Both the position numbers and the translations under genes were made by a program. A model generated the notes under the pieces. The model saw only the letters and a program-made list of their open reading frames with translations, made no database searches and was not told where the DNA came from. Shown in pieces: positions 55,368 through 64,000 of a stretch of DNA of 64,000 nt. Position 1 is the first letter of the stretch; each line of letters opens with the position of its first letter. Source of the DNA: Eledone cirrhosa (Eukaryota); contig OZ024743.1 of the NCBI GenBank assembly GCA_964016885.1, positions 54,436,001 through 54,500,000 of the forward strand, in the 5' to 3' direction.

Positions 55368-55874
55368 CATATGTATACATTTATATGTATGAGTAACAAC
55401 ACAGGTATAGCGAAAGCTGTTCTCTGTTTTCTACAGTTTGTCATAGCCCCCTTCCTTCATCACAAAGATGTGTGTATTTAATCATTATTTTGCATAATGT
55501 TTATGTATATGTGAAACTTAGATGAGTTAAGTCCCTTTGCGTGACGTACAAAAATACAAGAGCATTATATATTAGTAGATAATATGTGAGATGGACACAA
55601 TTTCTCCCAACGCGTATTTATATTTTTCGTATCCCTTACAGAATGCCCTCTAATGAAAAACTGGTATGTTAACGATGGAAATAGCAATCTATTGGAATGG
55701 TTATACTTATTCTTCATTTTTGAAACTACAGTCAGGGAAATTGTGAGACTTTGAGGCTTCATATTTTTAGTTTGCTTAAATGTGAATATATCGGAAAGTA
55801 AACTTGAGCAACGTAAAATCTTGATGACGGTGTAAGCCCAACGCTCTAAATATTAGGCCATGCACCTTCTCTCT

Positions 55875-55932
<58 letters not shown>

Positions 55933-55963
55933 TTTATTAATGTTAAATAGTTAAATAGTGAGA

Positions 55964-56011
55964 CTTGTTACTCTGGAATTTCTCTTGTTCATCACGAAGT
56001 CATCAGACAAG
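55964..56011 (-). ncRNA. Hammerhead ribozyme in fold-back element 55929-56138
   Basis: cttgt-CTGATGA-cttcgt..acaaga-GAAA-ttccagag-TA-acaag; mirrored GAAA-ctccaaaa-TA-acaag half on plus strand. Confidence 0.65.
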
Positions 56012-56132
56012 AACTCTGTAATAAACAAGCGAAACTCCAAAATAACAAGACTCGCTATTTAGTTTTAATAAATGGATATGAAAACTTTAGTTCTGTATTG
56101 AGTAATTTTTTTCTCTCAGCCGTCAACCACAT

Positions 56133-56177
<45 letters not shown>

Positions 56178-56200
56178 GGTGTGTGTGTGTGTGGGTGTGT

Positions 56201-56318
<118 letters not shown>

Positions 56319-56955
56319 TGTGTGTGAACAGTGATCTGTATCGACAGAGAGCCAAGTTAACTAGGTAAACATCAAATAACGTAACAACATATATCATTTA
56401 ATCTCCCTAAAATTACCAGAAGAAATACACCCTTCCTCTCAGTGTGTTTCTCTCGTAAATTCAATTTTACACCAGTTAAGAATCTTAAAATTCTATGATC
56501 TAATTTAATACCATTCCAATATTTTCTGCTTATGTTGATAATCCTATCTGCAAGAATATTCCACATAAACTTTATACAAATAATACCTCCCTGTCTCCTG
56601 ATCAATGTAATTCTTATCACATTACAAATAATATTAACAATAGAATCTTTATTTTTTTCCATATGAATTGTTGTAATCTGTTTGGAAAAATATTTTTCTA
56701 TAAATAAACAATCGATTGTGACATTTCATCGGATCGATTATTGGTACATCTTCAAGTTTTCACGAATAATAACTGGGTTTATGTCTTAAAAAGATAACTC
56801 TTAGTAAAACATAGTTTACACCACAGCTAATACATATGTCAATATTTAAAGTAAGGTTAACACTTCGGAATAGACTGCATGTGTCTGTAAGTATGTTAGA
56901 ATAATAGTTTCGAATTTAGGCACAAGGTAAGCAAATTTCAATAGAGAGAAAAGAA

Positions 56956-57023
<68 letters not shown>

Positions 57024-57024
57024 T

Positions 57025-57198
57025 AAAAGAGTCAGTCCCCCGACGGCTGAGCTCCGGTTGTTTCGACTAGCTGTCGAAACGGCGGGACCTCAGCCGTCGG
57101 GGTCCTGACTCTTTTCCTATTACGCACTCTACTACCCATAGTATCGAGTACTCTGGTGCGTTATGGTCCACCTGGTTCCTTACCACACTTCCTTCGTT
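57025..57198 (+). mobile_element. HHR-family-B remnant with inverted 5' end
   Basis: Fold-back centred just before GAAA-cggc..gccg-TC-gggg; tail TCGAGTACTC..GGTTCCTTACCAC. Confidence 0.72.
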
Positions 57199-57199
57199 A

Positions 57200-57357
<158 letters not shown>

Positions 57358-57417
57358 AATACTTCAACTAATAAGGTATGTTCCTTGGCTATGTCAACAT
57401 TTATAAAACACACTTTG

Positions 57418-57479
57418 TATTTTATCTGATGAAAGCGTACCAAAGTTTTTGGTACCCTTGAAATATATATAATAGAATA
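57418..57479 (+). ncRNA. Type-I hammerhead ribozyme (element ~57355-57617 between (TA)n tracts)
   Basis: tattttat-CTGATGA-aag.gtacca/aagttt/tggtac.ctt-GAAA-tatata-TA-atagaata. Confidence 0.9.
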
Positions 57480-57613
57480 AATATGGTTTTATAAATATAG
57501 TTTCCATTTATTTAATATCATTGAATATTTACTCCAGAAAATTGTCGAGTGCTCTGAATCAGTTATAAACATTTATATTTGATGAATTACCAACAAATTG
57601 AATATCCCTTCTG

Positions 57614-57699
<86 letters not shown>

Positions 57700-58081
57700 A
57701 CATCGACCCCACTTCTTCAATATTAGTTTATTTTTTCACCCTTGATGGAAGGCAATCTTGACCTCGACAGGACATCAACCCAGAACGTAAAGTAAAGAAT
57801 TTGAACGAATACCTCAAGACACTTTGTCTGACCTTCTGACAAATCAAACCATGCAACTAATTCACTGCCCTTTCTTATCATAAACAATAACTGGATTTTA
57901 AAAAAAATCATAATTTGATAACTCGCAGTAAAACATTTTAACTGTTTATAAAACAGCCACTATATATGCCAATAGTTCAAGCAAGGTAAATACTTCGGAA
58001 TATTCAGCATATGTCAGTAGTTATGCTAGAACTGGACAGCAATTTTTGTCTGGGAGGATAAGTGTCTCTGTGTGTGTGAGT

Positions 58082-58138
<57 letters not shown>

Positions 58139-60049
58139 TGAGAGAGATAATGAGAGAGCGCGTGTGTGTCTGTGTATGTGTGAGAGAGAAATATAGAGAG
58201 CGTGTGTGTATCTGTGTGCATGTGTCTATGTCAGTGTGTGTCTGTGAGTGAGAGCGTGTATGTGTATGTAAGTACATCTATGTGTGTCTGTATGTCTGTG
58301 TAAATATGTTTGTGTAAGTCTATGTGCGTCTGTGTGTGTCTGTATGTGTTGTCTCTGTGTGTTTAAGTATGTCTGTATGTGTAAAAGACCTTGTGAGTCT
58401 ATGTGTGTGCGTCTTTGTGTGTGTGTCTCTGCGTGTGAGAGAGCATGTGTGTGTGTATGTCTGTGTGTGTGAGAGAGCATATGTGTGTATGTAAGAGCCT
58501 GTATGTCTCTTTGTGTGTGAGAGAGAATGTGTGTGTGTATGTCTGTGTGTGTATGAGAGGGCATATGTGTGTATGTAAGAGCCTGTGTGTCTCTTTGTGT
58601 GTGAGAGAGCATGTGTGTGTGTATGTCTGTGTGTGTGAGAGAGCAGGTCGGTGTCTGTGTGTGTGTAAGAGCATGTGCGTCTCTGTGTGTACGTGTATGT
58701 GTATCTATCTGTGTATAAAAACTAGGAACACCAAAAGAAAATAATATCGTAAGGTATTTATTTCGAAGCAAAAATGTCTTCGTTCGTACATTGGTGGTGA
58801 CACCAGCCGTATTGAACCCTGCACCTTGATTCCCAGTTAAGCTGAGCAGTATTAATGACAAGTTCACTGAAATGATGATGAAGAATACAAACGACAGCTA
58901 CAACAACAGCACTGGCTCGAACGTGCTAGATTAACGATTCTGTTTGATGTCTTCTCAATTCTGACACTAAATCTATCGAACTTATTCTCTGGATTTTCAT
59001 CATGTGACTTACTATTATTATTCTTGTTGTGGCTGTTGTAGTTGTTATTGTTGCTGATATTGTTTGTTGTTGCTGCTGTTGTGGTTATTGTTGTTGTCGT
59101 TATTTTAATAATGGTTGTTGTTGTTGATGTTGTTGTGGTTGTTGTTGTTGTCACCGTTATTGTCGTTGTTTTAGTAGTGTCTGTTGTTGTTGCTGTTGTC
59201 GTTGTTTTAGTAATGGTGGTTGTTGTTGCTGCTGTTGTTGTTGTTGTGGTCACCATTGTCATCGTTGTTTTAGTAGTATCTGTTGTTGTTGTTGCTGTTG
59301 TGGTTATTGTTGTCACCGTTGTCGTCATTTTATTAGTGGCTGGTGGCGGTGGTGGTAGTGGTGACGTGGCCTTATCGTTATGGAAATGTTAGAAGATATG
59401 GCTATACTAGAAGAAGTAGTAGTGGTAATAGTTGTGGTATTAGATGTTATAGTATCGGTGCTGGTAACGATATCAATATTGATAATAATACTGATATTGT
59501 TGGCGTGCAAGTATAGAAATTTTATAAAAGTTTTTTTTCAAATATATATATATATATATGGGAATTAGTGTCAGTGTTCTGAAATAGCGATGTATGTATG
59601 AATGTATGTATAGTATATTTGATAATACACTGTATGTTTATTTAAAAACATTTTGAAGACCATTCGCTATGAGTTTAAAAGTTGTGACTATGTCACTTAC
59701 ATAGTCTTGCCAAAAACAAAGGGAAGCAACCGGCGACCGTTTCTCGCTCGTTAGTGGTTATCAAGATTGCATATCCCTTCGCTTCCGGCGAGACTTATAG
59801 AAGCTGGATTCTTATAGAATTCCAGTAATGTTTAAGAGCTGATTAAACAGAGCAGTTGCCGGTGCAGCAAAAATTATATATATATACATATGTATTAGGA
59901 TTGGTGCTCTGAAATAGCGATGTATACATGAATGCATGTATAGTATATTTGGCAATATGCCTTATGTTTAATTAAAAACATTTAGAAGACCATACGCTAT
60001 CAGTTTTAAAGTATGTCACTTACTTATTTTCGGTGAAAGAAGGGAGAGA

Positions 60050-60091
60050 AGCTGACAGTCTGTTTCACGCTGGTTGGCGTTCATCAGAGCC
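60050..60091 (-). ncRNA. Type-I hammerhead ribozyme in tandem monomer
   Basis: ggct-CTGATGA-acgc/caacca/gcgt-GAAA-cagactg-TC-agct; stem I extends past an internal loop (ggggag/ctctcc). Confidence 0.88.
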
Positions 60092-60390
60092 ACGCACTCC
60101 CCTGCTTCCGCCAAAAATTATAGAAGCTGGATTCTTATAGAATGCCAGTAATAATCAGGAGCTGTTTATACAGAGCGATTGCCGGTCCAGCAAAAACAAG
60201 GTATTAGGACTGGTGCTCTGAAATAGCGATGTATACATGGATATATGTATAGTATATTTGGCAATATACCGTGTGTTTAATTAAAACATTTAGAAGACCG
60301 CAATCGCTCTGTATAATCAGCTCCTGATTATTACTGGAATTCTATAAGAATACAGCTTGTATAATTTTCGGCGGAAGTAGAGGAGTGCGT

Positions 60391-60432
60391 GGCTCTCATG
60401 AACGCCAACCAGCGTGAAACAGACTGTCAGCT
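60391..60432 (+). ncRNA. Inverted hammerhead copy with G5>C core change
   Basis: ggct-CTCATGA-acgc/gcgt-GAAA-cagactg-TC-agct. Confidence 0.7.
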
Positions 60433-60545
60433 TCTCTCCCTTCTTTCCCCGAAAAGAAGTAGGTGACATAGTCACTACTTTAAAGCTGATAGCGTATGGT
60501 CTTCTAAATGTTTTTAATTAAACATACGGTATATTGCCAAATATA

Positions 60546-60580
<35 letters not shown>

Positions 60581-60881
60581 GTTTAGTTAGATAGGAAAGA
60601 ACAGTGGACTTCACTAAAGGCACGAAAGGGAAAGGTGGTGATGTTAAACCAAGCGACGGATGAAGTAATGTTGTCGTTGTTGTCTTTTGTTATTTTTCGG
60701 AGGCTGGGGCATAAGTCAATTCTGATAGAGCAGACCCTTAATCAAGGTCTAGGAATTTCTAGCCGTAATATCTTATATTTTCTTTTACAAATATGTTTAT
60801 CTCAGGTTCATTTGTCACTACATTATTTAACTCAAGAGAGAAATAGTGAGAGGGCGAGAGGGAGAGGGAGAGGGAGAGGGA

Positions 60882-60951
<70 letters not shown>

Positions 60952-61631
60952 ACTATGTAGGGGCAGATGCATACACTACTAGAGAATTTACCTATAAATA
61001 TTATCCAACACTATATGTAATAAACAAATATAAGCATTTTGTCTATATCATTGAAGGCAAAAAAGACCAGCTGGACCAGTTTCCAATCCTGGAGCACACA
61101 TTAATTGTGCTCAAACCTACAGCTTATGGTTTGATGTCGGTTGGTTTCAGTAAAGAGTGTACCAGTTGTTCGATCACCCGAAAAATCTGTATTGTCAGGT
61201 CTCGACTCCTCTCGGCACTTATAAATTTTAAAGATGTTTTCCAACGCCCTCGCTTATTAAATTTTGCTAATCCATCTCCAGCGAAACTTTATTTTAAGTG
61301 ATAACATTCCTGCAACAACTTCCTCTATAGATTAAAAAAACATTATACATGACAAAAACTACATTACTAGAAATCCCATATGTTATAAAATAAATAGGAT
61401 GGGTTGGGATCTCAATATGTAAATTAAACGACTAATTCTGGATTTTAAAAAAATCAACAGAGATAATCTAGAAAAATTACCGATTTTCCAACGCCATCGT
61501 CTATTCCAACCTCTACCCGTATTATTTGGGACCCAAGAGTACCTGAAATTAATGTGCAAGAGGGTGGACATTGCATAGAGAGGTGTACCATTAACATAGC
61601 TCTCAGGGAGATTCAGTATGCCACAGTCTGG

Positions 61632-61890
61632 TTCTTTACATTACAGGTAGAATACATTTTTGACATATATATATATATATATACATATTTGTATACATAC
61701 ATTATATATTATATATATGTATATACGTATACACTTATATATATATATACATATATACATATATATTATATATATGTATATATATATAAGTGTATACGTA
61801 TATACATATATATAATATATAATGTATGTATGCAAATATGTATATATATATATATATGTCAAAACTGTATTCTACCTGTAATGTAAAGAA
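61632..61890. repeat. ~260-bp near-perfect palindrome including its microsatellite interior
   Basis: ttctttacattacaggtagaataca...tgtattctacctgtaatgtaaagaa; interior variants mirrored. Confidence 0.9.
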
Positions 61891-62200
61891 TATATTATAT
61901 GTTATATATATATGTATATACATACATATATATATATAGATATATGTTAAATATTGTGTATATTATGTATTATATATTATATACGTGTATATACATATAT
62001 ACTTGGACTGTTTCACCTTCGCGTCTGAAAAGAAAGTATTGCCCTGAAATATGCTAAAATACACTACGTAAAACAATACTTAGTTTTGTTTCATTTGTCA
62101 TCATTTGCCCTTCTTTATTTTTCTACCGCATTGTACCGGCGTTAAAAAATGTTTCGGTCTTTATATATATATATATATATGTCTGTGTGTGTGTGTGTGT

Positions 62201-62243
<43 letters not shown>

Positions 62244-62536
62244 TGTGTGTGTGCGTGTGTGTGTATACATACATATATATATATATATATATGTCTGTGT
62301 GTGTGCGTGTGTGTGTATACATACATATATATATATATATATATGTCTGTGTGTGTGCGTGTGTGTGTATACATACATATATATATATATATATATGTCT
62401 GTGTGTGTGCGTGTGTGTGTATACATACATATATATATATATATATATACATAAATATATATATACATATATACATGTATCTTTCCTCTCTCTTAAACTC
62501 CACTTACTTCACTCCAACTCTTCTCCACTCCCTCTT

Positions 62537-62698
<162 letters not shown>

Positions 62699-62929
62699 GC
62701 TACTCCACAAAGACCGCTAGTCTCTATCGACATAATCTTGTTATGTACTTATCATAACGTGTTGAATTAATATCAGTCGCAGCAGTTTCACTTTCAGTTT
62801 TGACAAACATGAAATCTACAAGCGGCTCACTGAAATTCTATTGATCTCCCACCTTGTCAATATTACTACCTATCACCAATACCCGCCCAACCATCTTAAC
62901 ACGTCTCCTCCGGCATCACATACTCACAA

Positions 62930-64000
62930 TAGTATTGTTGTTATTGTTGTTGTTGTTGGTGGTGGTGGTGGTGTTGTTGTTGTTGTTGGTGGTGGTGTTG
63001 TTGGTAGTCTTTTTGTTGTTGGTTGTGGTGGTGTTGTTGGTAGTCTTTTTGTTGTTGTTGGTGGTGTTGTTGGTGGTGGTGGTGTTGGTGGTGGTGGTGT
63101 TGTTGGTAGTCTTTTTGTTGTTGTTGGTGGTGTTGTTGTTGGTGGTGGTGTGGTTGGTGGTGGTGTTGTTGGTAGTCTTTTTGTTGTTGTTGGTGGTGTT
63201 GTTGTTGGTGGTGTTGTTGGTGGTGGTGTTGTTGGTGGTGTTGTTGGTGGTGGTGTTGTTGGTGGTGGTGTTGTTGGTGGTGGTCTTGTCGGTGGTGGTG
63301 GTGTTGTTGGTGGTGCTGTTGTTGTTGGTGGTGGTGGTGTTGGTGGTGTTTTTGTTGTTGGTGGTGGTGGTGTTGTTGTTGGTGGTGGTGGTGTTGGTGG
63401 TGTTTTTGTTGTTGGTGGTGGTGTTGTTGTTGGTGGTGGTGTTGTTGGTAGTGATTTTGTTGTTGGTGGTGGTTTTGTTGGTGGTGGTGTTGTTGGTGGT
63501 GGTGTTGTTGTTGGTGGTGTTTTTGTTGTTGGTGGTGGTGTTGTTGTTGGTGGTGGTGTTGTTGGTAGTGGTGTTGTTGGTGGTGGTGTTGTTGTTGTTG
63601 ATGGTGGTGTTGTTGGTAGTGTTTTTGTTGTTGCTGGTGGTGGTGTTGTTGGTGGTGGTGTTGTTGGTGGTAGTGTTGTTGTTGGTGGTGGTGTTGTTGT
63701 TGGTCGTGTTTTTGTTGTTGATGGTGGTGGTGTTGTTGATGGTGGTGGTGGTGTTGTTGGTGGTTGTGGTGTTGTTGGTAGTGATTTTGTTGTTGGTGGT
63801 GGTGTTGTTGTTGGTGGTGTTGTTGGTGGTGGTGTTGTTGTTGGTGGTGGTGGTGTTGTTGTTAGTGTTGTTGGTAGTGTTGTTGGTAGTGGTGTTGTTG
63901 GTAGTGTTGTTGGTGGTGGTGTTGTTGGTGTTGTTGTTGTTGGTCGTGTTTTTGTTGTTGCTGGTGGTGTTGTTGTTGGTGGTGGTGTTGTTGGTAGTGT
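62930..64000. repeat. (GTT/GGT)n low-complexity array
   Basis: Direct reading. Confidence 0.95.

Larger units (their letters stand above)
59564..60548. repeat. ~310-330-bp tandem array (2.3 units) followed by an inverted unit, bounded by (TA)n
   Basis: Unit starts ATTAG..GTG.TCTGAAATAGCGATG at ~59564, ~59895, ~60203; inverse copy 60302-60548. Confidence 0.85.

Noticed and set aside
56372-56662. 96-aa minus-strand ORF in unique AT-rich sequence
   Set aside because: No recognisable motif; length compatible with chance
62930-64000. GT-rich terminal tract as telomeric repeat
   Set aside because: Mixed GTT/GGT trinucleotides, not TTAGGG; the window edge is arbitrary

Overview
AT-rich, microsatellite-saturated animal genomic DNA. 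The SINE families and the (TA)n/(CA)n/(TACA)n load suggest an octopus/coleoid cephalopod (inference). I cannot support any host protein-coding exon; most ORF-track entries are translated microsatellites. The window is a mosaic of mobile DNA: a nested R4/Dong-clade RLE retrotransposon cluster in (TAA)n (734-5960), RTE and Tx1/L1 fragments, two tRNA-derived SINE families, four non-autonomous Helitrons (51415-54777) and small MITEs. The main hidden signal is a dense population of short, non-coding elements of roughly ten families, mostly bounded by (TA)n tracts. They carry minimal type-I hammerhead ribozymes (HHR) with palindromic stem III, fold-back or partial-tandem ends, and a shared 3' GAGTRYTY motif. 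They look like Penelope-like pLTR remnants or retrozyme-like elements. Some have a compensatory U3-A8 core, one forms a ~310-330 bp tandem array, and one carries a SINE fragment with 8 of 8 A>G changes that resembles a genomically fixed ADAR hyper-editing footprint. All structures were read by eye, not computed.
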